64,000 nt of DNA. Source: Lytechinus pictus. Its lineage: Eukaryota. The notes under the pieces were generated by a model that did not search any database, had not been told where the DNA came from, and saw nothing but the letters and a program-made list of their open reading frames with translations. Below are positions 1 through 13,200 of this stretch, piece after piece. Each line of letters starts with the position of its first letter. Position 1 is the stretch's first letter. The stretch covers positions 24,554,001-24,618,000 of the forward strand of contig NC_087252.1 of the NCBI RefSeq assembly GCF_037042905.1, given 5' to 3'. A program made the translations under genes and the position numbers.

Positions 1-119
1 ACTGAGTGGGTCTCCACAAAAGTCTAGCACATATTAAACTTGCTGTTTCAGTTTGGGCGTTCAGTACACAGGTCATTGTAGGCTGCACATTCAGACTCCA
101 TTAACTCAAGTGAAGGGTT

Positions 120-335
120 TGCATAGCAGACTAGAGCGGGGGTTTCTGAGTCCAGTGACCCGGGTTCGATTCCCAAGTGGTGCGCTAGTGCCCTTTGGTA
201 AGATTCCCAAGTGGTGCGCTAGTGCCCTTTGGTAAGGAATTTATCCTCATTACCAGGTCCCTCGGAGAGGACCTTAAGCCGTTGGTCCCCTGGTTGCTTG
301 CTCGCAGGCATTCGTGCTTTCTTAGCAGTCAGGTA
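120..335 (+). mobile_element. tRNA-derived SINE fragment with an internal ~33-bp tandem duplication
   Basis: B-box-like GGTTCGATTCCC; GATTCCCAAGTGGTGCGCTAGTGCCCTTTGGTAA occurs twice in tandem. Confidence 0.6.
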
Positions 336-904
336 AAAAAAACCTTGGTATGTCACTATCAAACTACCCTTGAGCAGCGCCCTGTAAGTAGTAAATGTCA
401 ATGTCATGAAAAAGCTGAAAATTACATTTGTAGATTATTTTGCCAGTCTTATTTTACTTATTCTGCCTATCAATACTGTGTTTAATGTTTTATTTCGCTT
501 GCAAAGTTTCATCTTTGTTATTAGAATATGTGTTTTAGAATTTTCATTGTGTTTTTGACAAGTTGTACAATCATGGAAAAATATAATGTGAAAATACTGC
601 ACACCTCAAACAGATTTTTTTATAACTTATGAAAAGTAATTATTTATGTCTGAATTAACATTGTTATTCATTATCTTGTGAGAGATATATATGTAGTAAT
701 GTTCATATTGTGCTAATGTATTTTCTATGTGTTCAACATAAGATTACATGAAATTATTAAATTTACATGGAATGGTTGATTAATTTATTACATGAATTTG
801 TAATAAACATTTTTAAAGATCTATAAGATCTATACAAATACATTTCACATTGTATATTTGTCCTTTTTTTAATTGTTCAATTATGTATTAAAAGCTTTTA
901 CATG

Positions 905-2105
905 GGTATAATTTTTTCCTCCTGCTTCTTCGTCTTCCTATTAATTTTCCCTCTTTTTTTTCTTCTTTTTCCTCTTTTTTCTTTGTTTTGTTCTTCTTCT
1001 GCTTCTCCTTTTATTCTTCTCCTTTTTTCTTCTAATTATTTTCATCTTCTTTTTTTGTTCTTCACTCTATTCTTCATCATCTTTTTCTTCTCCTCTATCT
1101 ACCCCTTCTTATTTTTCTTCTTCTTCATCTTTTTCTTCTTCTTCTCCATCTATTACTTCTTCTCCTTCTTCATCTTCTTCTTTAATCTTCTTTTTCTTTT
1201 TATTCTCCTCCTTCTTTTACTTCTCATTATCATTTTTCATCTTCTTTCTTCTTTTGTTTTTCACTTCCTTCATCTTTTCTTCTCCTTCCGTTCTCTTTCT
1301 GCTCCTTCTTTTTTCTCTTCGTTTTGTTCTTCTGCTGCTCCTTCTTTTATTTTCCTGTTTTCTTCTTCTTATTTTTCATCTTCTTTCTCCTTTTGTTCTT
1401 CACTTTGTTCTTCATCTATTTCTTCTTCTCTTTCTACCCCTCCTTATTTTTCTTCATCTTCTACTCTTACTCCTTCTTCTTCTCCTCCTATTACTTCTTC
1501 TTCTCCTTCTTCTTCTTCAATCTTCTTCTTTTTCTTTTTATTCTCCTCCTTTTACTTATCCTCATAATTTTTCGTCTTCTTTCTTCTTTTGTTCTTCACT
1601 TTCTTCTTTATCATCTTTTCTTCTCCTTCCGTTCTGTTTCTACTCCTTATTTTTCTTCTTCTTCTACTCCTATTCCTTCTTCTTCTTCTTCAACTCCTAT
1701 TCTTCGTCTTCTTTTTCTTTTTATTCTCCTTTTTCTTCTTCTCTTTCTACTAGCTCTTGCTTATTCTCCTTCTCCTACTGCTAATTCTTCCTTCTAGCTC
1801 CTCCTTCTTCTACTCCTCCTGTTCTTCCTCTTCTTTCTATTCTCCTCTTTCTACTAGCTCCTGCTTATTCTTCTTCTTTTTTCCTCCTATTCTTCCTCTT
1901 CTTTTTATTCTCCTCCTTTTTCTTCTCCTCGGTTTCTTCTAGCTCCGGCCTGCTTATTCTCCTTTTCCTCCGGCCTCCTCCTTCTTCTACGACCCTTTGT
2001 TTTTCCTCGATGAAATTGAGACTACAACGACCTTTCTATGCTCATCATTGTTCTTTCTTCTCCTCCTATCCTTTATTTTAATTTTTTTTTTCTTTCTTCA
2101 ATTCT
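905..2105. repeat. Pyrimidine-rich (CTT/TTC/CCT)n low-complexity tract with internal ~340-bp duplication
   Basis: Almost pure C/T on +; blocks near 985 and 1322 recur. The overlapping F/S/L-rich ORFs are artefacts. Confidence 0.9.
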
Positions 2106-4433
2106 TCCAAAATGTACAACAATCCCCCTTCCCAGCCCCTGATCGATGCACGTACTTGTGTACAAAAATCACCGGTAGTCAATCGATTGCGGATCGTGCG
2201 TGAACAAAAACCCGGAGTAGAGGTTGACATTTGAAATAGGAATGTAAACAGACGCGCAGCCTTGATTTGACAGAACGGGAAATGAAACATTATCAATATC
2301 ATATTTGGTGTTCGTGGTGAGTTTGAAGTTTTAGCTAGATTATATTTTTCGTAAACTATGCTGTAGATTTCGATTTTGTTATTGTTTGCGTCAAGCGCTT
2401 CATTAATCAAATGAAACTATAGACGGAAAAATATATTTCTTTTTCATGAATGTGTGGGACTGCGCTGTCAGCTGTCGCTGGCTAGTGCTAGCGGCTGCGC
2501 TGCGATCCCGCTGGCGATGCGCTGCTCAGCTCAGCCAGCATCAGCGCATTTGTCCCTGGTCTGGAGCTGGACGGTGTGAATGACATTTTGGCAGATGAGA
2601 TTTGTAACTAATGTACTTGAACGATAGACTAGGCTAGGGTGCCAGTGCACTATCGCACCTGGCGATGTTAGCTAGTAAAAGTTTTATTTTTATTTATTTT
2701 ATCACCTCAATTTTTGTCAAAATTTATTGCCGAGGCCGAATTGGCGAATATAATTTTTTTTTATAAATAAATGTCAATGAATGAGAGTTGGATCGCGCGT
2801 GCTTAGACAGCTGGCAGCCGTCTGTTTCGAGGAGTTTTTTTTACTTTTTTTTTTTTTAAATTTCTCCTCGTACACAGACGGCTCGCTAGCGTGCAGCCAC
2901 CATTAGGGGACTTGCAATGCAAAATCCCCCCGTCGGGGCTCTTCAATTTTTGTCTTTAATGAATAAAAATTTTGAAAATTAACGCGACCAAAATGCAAAT
3001 TAATATTCCCTCTTGGCATTAATTGCCAAAAAACGGAGAAAAATCAAGTTAAAAGGAAAAAAAAACAGTGACTTACCTCGGCTGTCGCGCAAATTCACTT
3101 CCCCGTTTTATCCGATCTTAAGTACATAAACATATGGCCATTGAGTCCCCTGTACAGATCGCGCTAGAACTTCGGTCTCTGTATTTGGTGAGTGAAGCCA
3201 ACGGAGTTCAGCTGAACAACCAACATAACAGAGACCGAAGCTTTTGGTCTAGCGCGTGCTGTGATGCCACTTCTGCTGGCGTCCACAGCACACGACTTCC
3301 ATGGTTTGATTTTTCTGTGCGCGGCGGCATGTAATGAACCCTTGAGTGATGATAGCCAGATAGTAGGTACGTGACAATCCGCGCTTCCGCTGGTTATTTC
3401 TTGCACCGCGCTACCGTTTCGCCTCTTGTTCGAGTGCACAGTGCATGTCTCTGCTTAAATCGCTGTAGCGGTGCTATTTTTAGACCTTACATCATGAATG
3501 GGGTATCGATCAAGAGATCGGGATTCACACTTGATATCGCATCTTAATTTTTTTCCGTACGATGAACAAGGACTGAGATACGACCATCAAAAGATTGGAG
3601 ACGGATTCGATGCCTTGAATTTCAACAAAAGAAGGTATGTATAGTTTTGAATGTTATATATCTACATAGAATATTTATTTAATTACCTGCATATGAAATA
3701 TCTAAGTGATTTGATTACCGAAACAATGTTTTTTAGCTCCGAAACTTGCTGTATGTGCCAAGCAAAAATTGGCTGCATGACCGCGCGCGCATTATAGGCA
3801 TCCTGGCGAGTTTTCACGGGGCTGCGCTGGCCTAGTATGTGGCTGCCAGGTGTGCTAGTGCGCTGATCTTGCTGCTCGCTGAAGTGGGGTTTATTGTTTG
3901 TTTACCAAATTAACTGCTCTTTTCTTTCGTGTTTTGGATTAATATAACTGCATTCAAAGATATTGGGGGGAGGGCAACTCTCCAAATTTATTTTGAAAAA
4001 GAAAGCTGGGCAGATTGAGGCTTAATCAGTGTGAGTGTGTGAACATGGTGAATTGGCTCCCCAGGACTACGAGGCAGGACCCATTCCCCTTCTTTTAAAA
4101 AGGATTATTTTTTAATAGCTTCTTCCATATTCTTTATTTTCTCATTTCTTTTCTATTTTTTCTTTTCCTTTTTTAAAATTTTCACTTCTTTTTTTTTAAT
4201 GTTCTTTTGTTTATTTTTTTTTCATATTTCCCCTTTAGGTTTTCTTTTATTTTTTGTTTCTTTTTACCCTTGTTTAAATTTTCTTTCTGTTTTTCTTTTC
4301 CCCAGTTTTGTTCCCCTGTTTTGTTCCCCTCCCTCTTTAAACCCAATCTTTAATCATATTAATAATGATTAATGATAATGATACTATCATCACACTCTAT
4401 TTATTTATTGTTTCTTTCTTCATAGAACAGATC

Positions 4434-7400
4434 ATGCCACCAAAAAAGAAGAGAGTTGCAACAAGTTTTCCACAGAAGACTGGAAAAAAAAGAAAGTATC
4501 TTGATGACAACTTTGATGAGCTACCCATTGATCCAAAGAATCTCAGAAATGGACACATTTTGCTACTGTACCTAAAAAATGGAAAGTCCCCAACAGCAAC
4601 AAACAAATTCATCATGGAGAAATATTCCTGTAAATGTGCCAGAAACCAGTTGCTAAAAATTTTGAATCACAATGCCAAATTTTCGGACAGCACTTCAGAG
4701 CATGTTATGAAAAGATACCAAGCCTTTTGCCAAGAGATTTTTCCATCGCCAGATGGCCCAGGAGATAGCAATCCAGAACCTTCAAGTGCAAGTGGTGATT
4801 ACTATTACATTCTTTCTTCATTAAAAGAACACACACATAGACAATTTATTTTGTTTGTTTTATTTCTTCTTCAACTTGAGCTACACATTTAGTGGACAAA
4901 ATACAAACAATCCTCTCCTATTTAATAGGGCCCATGGGCCAATATGAACTACAACATTTAAAATATGAAATAAATACCTGTAAAACAGAGTGCATACAAA
5001 AGAAATTTATTACCTTAAATCATTTGACATACAGTACAAGAAAAGTGTTTAACAATTTTACAGTATAAGCACAAGATTTGAGAAAACATTTTGCAAATAA
5101 AAGAGAAAATGTTATTGCTAGATAATTCAAGCTAAATTCATATTACATAGACATATTAACATTTAATTGCCTAATAGAAAATAATTAAAGTTAAAGTCTA
5201 GGCCAGCCTAGCATTTACAACAGTCTTAGAGTACAATTCTATAAATTCATACATTACAAGTTCTAATATTTATAAGTTCTAATATTTATCTTTCATTACC
5301 AGGCTCCAGCAAAACACCCTCAACTGCAACTCAACCAGAAGGATCACCAGATTCCAGTAACTTCATCAGTAGCCTTCCCACAGTAACCCCCAAAACATCA
5401 CAGTCTTCTGACAAATTGAGTTCTTCAACGGGTATGCGTTCTTCTAAACGGAAACAACCATTGACACCAATGAAAATTCAACTGAAAAGAAGATTAAACT
5501 TTCAAGTAGAGTCAAAATGTGCCATGAAAGAAGGATATAAGAAGAAGGTGCAGAAATTAAGATCAGCCATTAACTTTCAGAACATCCATAAAATCAAATA
5601 CTTGAATCAAGATATTGCACGAAAACAAAACATAATTGCAAAGAAAGATGCAAAAATAAAAGAATTGAAATCTCAGTTGTCAAATTCATTTGTAGCTGAA
5701 CAGCTAAATGAAAAGAAGAAAAGGGCAAAAAGTAAGAGACAAAATAAAAAGCGTACTGCAAAGGAAAAATCAATGGCTAAAAATGGAACTATAGAAAAAC
5801 AAAGGGCTGAGATAAATGAATTGAAAAAGAAACTTAGTGAGGCAAACACTACAAATAAACAATTAGAAGATGAAAACTTGACACTAAAGGACACCATTGA
5901 AAGCACTTTTAATGGTAACTGCTCCTTTCAAAAAGAAGGGAAAACATATTCGGATGAAACAAGAATGTTTGTTTATGATGCAATTGTCAACAATGTTCCC
6001 ACGGGAAACATCCCCAAACTACTCATGCAATTTGGAAAGAGAGCTGGAATAGAAATTGAGGATGTTCCACACAGAAATACGATTGAATTAATGGCCCGTG
6101 AACTTGGGGTCGTGTCAGATATAATGAGTGCGGAAGTATTAGTAGAGCAGGAGAACATCACCTTGGGGTTTGATGCCACCACACAAGAGGGGGTTCATGT
6201 GAACAGTGTTCATTTCACAACTAATGACAAGGCGTACATTGTTGCTGTCGACCAGTTGCCAGGGGGCACAGCGGAGGACTATTTCTTGCACATAAGCCAG
6301 ACTATTGACAGTTTGACAGATACTTATTGTTTGTATTACAGTACAGACTTCACAGCAACACGAGACAAAATTATTCGTAACATATCCAATACAATGACAG
6401 ATAGGGCCGCCGTCAATCATGCAACAATAAATCTATTAGAACTTGATTGGGGCAAGAAACTGAATGAATTAAACTGTCACTTGCATCCGCTTGACACTAT
6501 CGCAAGTTCTGTTCGTACCTCTCTTAAAGCAACCGAGCCTGAAGGGCCAGTTAAAAAACTGTATGGATCAGATTGCATAGCACACCAGTGTATTCTCAGT
6601 TTCAATAAAATGAGGTACAAAGACGGAAAGGGAGATCCAAAGGGTTTCGTCAATGCACTTGAGGGTCATGGCCTACCAAAAGGTTTACTACCTCGTTATC
6701 GTGGTAATCGGCTTCATGTTATGTTCGACATAAGCGGAAAACTTGTTGAGCATGAAGAGTTTTTCATAAAACTTCTCACTGAAGGCACTGTGTCATGTGG
6801 AGGTTTGCAAACTTCCCTTCTGCATGATTACATGCTACCAGTTGCCAAGGTGGAGTTTCAGGTATTAGGACTCCTTGGGAAGGTCCTAACCGGGCCCTGG
6901 ATGACGAAGTTTTACACCAGCTCGGACTCGGACATCAGCCATGTGGATGGTATTGGCATCGTCAAAAGGGTTGTTGATGTCATTAAAGCTTCAACGCCGG
7001 AAGATATGTTGACAACGACCAAGAATTTCTTTGGGGAAAGCCTGTCACCCACTGACAAGACAATTACCTCCTTGCAGAAACCCCCAGCTGATGATGATCT
7101 CTTCACATCGATGATGACAGCCTCTTTAGAGAAGATAGTGCAAGTTCTAGAGAGACAATACTCCAAATACTTTCAAACTGATATCACTGAAACCTTCTGT
7201 GCTGAAACCGAATCGGCGAGGTGTCACAATATTGATGCGGAGTGTGTAATGGGCATGTTTAGTGCTGCTACTGATCATGCTCCTAATGCCACAATGTCCT
7301 TCTTGTCAGCAACAATCAAGGGCCGTAAGAACCATGTAGTGGATTACTTGGATGACCTGGAAGTGGAAAAGAGGAAGAAACTTATCAAAATTGCAACAAC

Positions 7401-7839
7401 ACATGGAAGAAAGGATACAGTAAAAAAGAGGAAGAAAGCTGTTGAAATAAGGGAAGAAATTTCCAATAGAATGAAGAAGAAAGTGCAAAAGAAGAGGTCG
7501 CTGGAACGAAACAAGCTTGAAAGAAAGATCAAGCAGTGTGATATATCAAGTATTGCTACTACATTTAGTGACTTGGATAAAGAAATCCAAACCCAACTTA
7601 AAGACCTATTAAGTGGAAAGTTGGTTGGTCATCAGATATGCCACGTATGGTATGACGAAGAAACTCATTGCAAAACATTATATAGGGGTAAACTTGAAAA
7701 GTTCATGAAGAAAGGCACTTACCGCATCGGATATTGGGCAGACCTTAATGAATCATACGAGGAAGATGCAGTTGACTATGATATTCCAGCAGCAGCCCTA
7801 GCTGCTGACTTGATATGTCAGGATTTAACCATGTCTTAG
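4434..7839 (+). CDS. Intact two-exon DDE (RNase H fold, CxxH-type; hAT/P/MULE-related) transposase-like protein, about 965 aa
   Basis: Exon 4434-4794 (starts MPPKKKRV; donor G|GTGATT) splices in phase to the acceptor TTACCAG| at 5303, which runs into the 807-aa ORF ending at 7839. Motifs FDATT, MTDRAAVN, NCHLHPLD, RGNRL and HNIDAECVMG fit a D..D..CxxH..E transposase. A possible 5' UTR exon ends at AAG|GTATGT near 3634. Element termini not found. Confidence 0.75.
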
Positions 7840-10234
7840 GTAGGTCCGTAGTCGAGGCCGGCCGTTCCGAGTCACAAGGCCGCTGTCAAAATATTTTTCC
7901 CATAGACTTTGTAAACGTGACTCGGTCAGAGGCCAAGGCCGGCAAAATTCGGCCTTGCTGGCCTTGAGGCGGATCTCGACTACATATGTACATCCCTGCT
8001 AATCAATCATTAATTAAAGTATATCAAATTGCTTATATTCCTTTAAGAAAATACATGCACATGATCTTTATTTTATCAAAATATGTTGAGCAATACAGAT
8101 TTTGGAGCAAATTTTTGCCCCTTTTTTGGGCGGGAATGCTTTATAATGGTTTAACAGTTACATGTTTGTTAATTTATTTAATTAATAATTAATCTATTGA
8201 TAGGTTAATTTTAGACAAGTTTATGATCACTTTTATCCCTGAAAAAAATGCTTTTAAATCATACTTTATGAAAAAATATGTTGAGAAATCTAGATTTTAG
8301 AGCAACTTATTTAATGTTTTAAAAGGAAAAATGCTTAAAATGGTCACACATTTTGAATGGATTTCCATACGTTACAAGGTGTCAAATGTTGAGCGATAAT
8401 AAATAATATAAAAATCTGTAACTTCACTTAAACTTGACCTATGAGAATGGTTTAGGTGTCATTTTAAAGCTGATTTTATGCTCTTTCCATTGACATTAAT
8501 TGTAAGGGAATTCAGTTATGTTGAAATTTTTTGTCACATCCCTACAGATAGAGATCGAGGCCTATTCATCAAATTTCACACACAAAGCGCACTATTTATT
8601 TTGGCTTCGACCTTAATTGAATCAAATAAAAATCATGTGTATTTCTGTAGTACAAAATACTACAAATGTTGAATATCAATATCATTAAAAAATAGAATTG
8701 AAAAATATGGTAAACGGAAATTATTTACTTAGATCTAGATCATACCAGGAGCTTGTTTTTTGCCAAATATTGGACGCAGTTTCCAAATATCAAGCATGCA
8801 CATGTAAAGTTGTGCGCCGCGATCAATTTCGGCGATTTAGATCATGCTCTAAACCCCAAAATAATTGATTGATTGTTGAGAAAATAACTTATTTCAGCTG
8901 CGCAAATTCCGATTTTCATTATTACTATCAATAATTTTGATACAGAAATCGGTAAATAATAATTATTTACTTACCAAACGGACCACTTTCGGCTCTAAAC
9001 ATCGGACCTCTTCGCTCTGCTGCGCGCGACTTCGTTCTGAAAACGAGTGCGCGCGTCAACAGCACGCATTTCCAATTCAATCGGCCAATATGTCTGCTGT
9101 TTGGGAGAGTGCCTAATTTGGAAGGGTGTTGAATTTCCCGCCGTGGAGAACCTCCGCGGCGGCCGATGCAGATTTTCTTGCGAGAGATCGAACATTTGCG
9201 ATCTCGGCGGCGATATTTCCGGCAGAAATCATTTCTCCCTTACGAGATTATTTTGGTCATCGATCTTTTGGAGTCGATAATTAGCGAGGGTCATAAGAAT
9301 CTCTGGAAGTCAAAATCACAGATTTTACCTCTGGATTTAACCCCTGGAATGTTTTTTTTGTGCAGCAACCAGAATCTACTGCGTGTGCAGTTCAGTAGCA
9401 GACCTGTATGTTCATGTATCACATGTATGCAAATCCCCCGCCAGTGCGGGTCCCTGTAGTTGTGGGGAGGGAGTTGAACTCATTTCCATCCGATATTTGG
9501 AACCGCCCGATATTTGGGGGTTTTACTCTAAATCTACTTCAGTCTATATCAAACCTACGGCGAAGCCAAGGTCAATTGATATGCGCATTTACTTAACCAA
9601 CAACAAATTAACAAAGCAATGTCTAACTGAGAATTTTAACGATGAGGTTGAGATATAAGTGGAAATAGATTTACAGCCGTTCCCAATGTTCAATGTGTCA
9701 AATGTTTCACTTTCAGAACAAAAATTCTTATAAAAAAACAAAACTAGACTGAATTGTTACTGTACTGTTTGACATAAAGTCCTGAAGACGTGATTGAGAT
9801 CTGAGAAACGTCATGGAGCTGGATGGAAATGACACTGTGGCCATTTGTTTAGGTCAATGACAATGGCACACTCAACAGTAAAATTAGAGGCTGTCAGTGT
9901 TTAGTTCAATTCCAATAAGCCCAGTTATTTTAATAAATTTTTATTGGAAAGGCTCTAATCCGGCTTTACCTGAGACTGAGATATTGACTTGGCTTACGAT
10001 TGGAGTTGTGCATGTATATTAGCCTTGTTGTTTCCCAATTAGTTACATTTAATAACAATTTCTTTTAAGATATTTGAACCTTCAACTTAAAAACAGGAAG
10101 TAGTGTGTACATCATGTATTTATCCTTTATTTATATTGATAAAATGTATTATGAAATCATACAGTATTTTTTTCCAATTTGCCATTTTCTTCTCTTCAAT
10201 GAATTAGATGAGGGATTAAAAAGAAGAGCTCAAT

Positions 10235-13200
10235 ATGATGGGAGATCAGCTAATCCTCGAGGAGGATTATGATGAGAATTATCAACCCACGGAAGCAGGT
10301 AATCTTCTTGATTTAAGGACGTTCCACAGTTATGTTTGTGCGCATTATGATCTGCGCATAGTTTACACTCTGCGCGCTGACGTCACAATGGATGAACAGG
10401 TGACTAATTAGCTGCGGGTATGAGCTGATTTTTCTCAATCTTCTGCACTTTAACTGCAGATCCGATGCGTTATTTCATGAAGCTAAAAAATGGAATTATT
10501 CCATGGACCATTAAAAAAAAATTGTCTACAATTTCAAAATACTTTACTCTGCAGTGCTGCCAAGAATCGCGAATATTACCCCGAGTTTGAATAAATGGTA
10601 CAGTGGTTTTGATTTTTTATTCACATAGATACAAAGCATTCGGCGCATTTTTGGTGTTTTAAAAAGCACATTTGCTCTAATAAAAATGCTGGTAGTTTAA
10701 AAAGAAGCACATGAACCCCTATTTTTTAATGTTTGTACCTCTTAGGAATACCTTCCTCTACAACTCTGCAAATTTTGGTGAAAATGACATGGATTTTGAA
10801 TAAAGTGCAGCATTTATTGTACGTTTGTAGTTTGTTACTGAAATTTCACATTTTTTATATTGGGATTTTGTTATCTTTTACGCCATTTTTAAGAACTGAC
10901 AGTGCTGTTAAACTTAAAATTGCATACAAATAGCACTATAAATAGATTCTCCATTCTAATGATACAATTATTAAATCTCTTGCAAAATTTGATGACTTTT
11001 TCATGTATTTTGACTGAGTAATAAAGGTTTAAACTCATTGTAGTAATCTTGGACGGTTTAAAAATGCCAAATTCTTTTGAATGCGCAATTCTTAAGAACA
11101 TCAATTTGGGTGAACTTTGAAGCTCTATAGCAAAAAATCAAGCACATGGACCTATGTTAATTTCTGCATATTTCGAATATTAAGGTTCTAAAGTATTTAT
11201 GTGCAAAGTTTGGTGGAAATGACATGGATTTCACTTTAACTGTGTAACGTCCTTAATCCATTTTTGTCTCACCTGCATAGCAGAGTGAGACTATAGGCGC
11301 CGCTTTTCCGACGGCGACGGCGGCGGCGTCAACACCAAATCTTAACCTGAGGTTAAGTTTTTGAAATGACAGCATAACTTAGAAAGTATATGGACCTAGT
11401 TCATGAAACTTGGCCATAAGGTTAATCGAGTATTACTGAACATCCTGCCTGAGTTTCATGTCACATGACCAAGGTCAAAGGTCATTTAGGGTCAATGAAC
11501 TTAGACCATGTTGGGGGAATCAACATCAAAATCTTAACCTAAGGTTAAGTTTTTGAAATGTCATCATAACTTAGAAAATATATGGACCTAGTTCATGAAA
11601 CTTATACATAAGGTTAATCAAGTATCACTGAACATCCTGCATGAGTTTCACATCACATGACCAAGGTCAAAGGTCATTTAGGGTCAATGAACTTTGGCCG
11701 AATTGGGGGTATCTGTTGAATTACCATCATAACTTTGAAAGTTTATGGATCTGATTCATGAAACTTGGACATAATAGTAATCAAGTATTACTGAACATCC
11801 TGTGCAAGTTTCAGGTCACATGATCAAGGTCAAAGGTCATTTAGGGTCAATGAACTTTAGCCAAATTGGGGTATTTGTTGAATTACAGCCATAAATTTGA
11901 AAGTGTGTTGGTCTAGTTCATAAAACTTGGACATAATAGTAATCAAGTATCACTGAACATCCTGTGCGAGTTTCAGGTCACATGATCAAGGTCAAAGGTC
12001 ATGTAAGGTCAAAGAACTTTGGCCACGTTGGGGGTATTTGTTGAATTGCCATCATATCTCTATAAGTGTATTGGTCTAGTTCATAAAACGTGGAAATAAG
12101 AGTAACCAAGTATCACTGAACATCTTGTGCGAGTTATAATAGTTTTCAAAATCAGCACTGCTGCTATATTGAATCGCGTGATGCAGGTGAGACGGCCAGA
12201 GGCATTCCACTTGTTTAAATCTTACCTGCGCAGGACAGAAAAAAAATAATGACGGAATAATTTTGCTTTACAAATTTGAATAGCAATTTTGGTCATAAGA
12301 GAAAAGCTCTCAAATAAGTAATGTACAGTCCTATGTAAAGATATGCTATACAGAAGACTTTATGTATAGCAGTCTTTCAAAAATGTGGAGCAAATTGCGA
12401 TGCGATACCAGGAAAATTATTCCCTGAATGATATGATGATGAGAATAAAAAAGTAATAGACATATAATTACTGTTGTTAACTATACATTACGAGGCTTTT
12501 TTGTAGTTTCTCTTTTTTAATTTCATTGAAGATATGATACCATGCCTTCTCCTATGAAATTTATTTTAAGGTTATTATCTTCATTACATTCTTTGTCTGT
12601 AACAATTGAATTGCCAAAAGAAAATGGAACATACTTTTCTTTAGTTTTCTAAGAGTGTTGGATCACAAATTGTACAAGAGGTGTGAGGTGTTATTTACTT
12701 ATTCTTGAATGTAAAACAGAGAAGCCTAATCAGCATAAAACAATTAAAAGATACAAATGCAAAATAAATATATTGAAAATATTGCATGATATTTATTAAA
12801 GAGGACATAATGAAATCCAAAAGCAATATAAAAGCAGAAATCTCATGGATTAAACTGAGAACTTGCAGAGATAAATTTCCATATTGATCATTGAATGAAT
12901 TCAATAGATACATGTAGAAGCACTCTGTCAGTAAGAAATTCATCCACATTGTGCTGCACTCGACCCAGGTGAAGTAAATGGTACATATAGTACCTGGCAA
13001 GAATATTTTTTCCTTGAAATAATTGTGTGCCAAGGGAAGGCTTCATGTAGTCAGTGTAAAGCGAGGCTAATTATGAGAACAGCTCCTCAACCATTCTGAA
13101 GAGTTGATATGCACTCTATAAGTTTCATTGTTATTTTATTGATAACATTATTATAATTATGAATGTTTTGTTGATAATATTGTAAATTATTATCATATCA

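Noticed and set aside
902..1942. Overlapping F/S/L-rich ORFs
   Set aside because: Products of a stop-poor pyrimidine microsatellite; open in several frames with no domain signal.
2905..9460. Candidate TIRs for the transposase element (AGGGGACT/AGTCCCCT; ACCCT near 3338 versus AGGGT near 9287)
   Set aside because: Matches are only 5-8 bp with no TSD, so the ends are left undefined.
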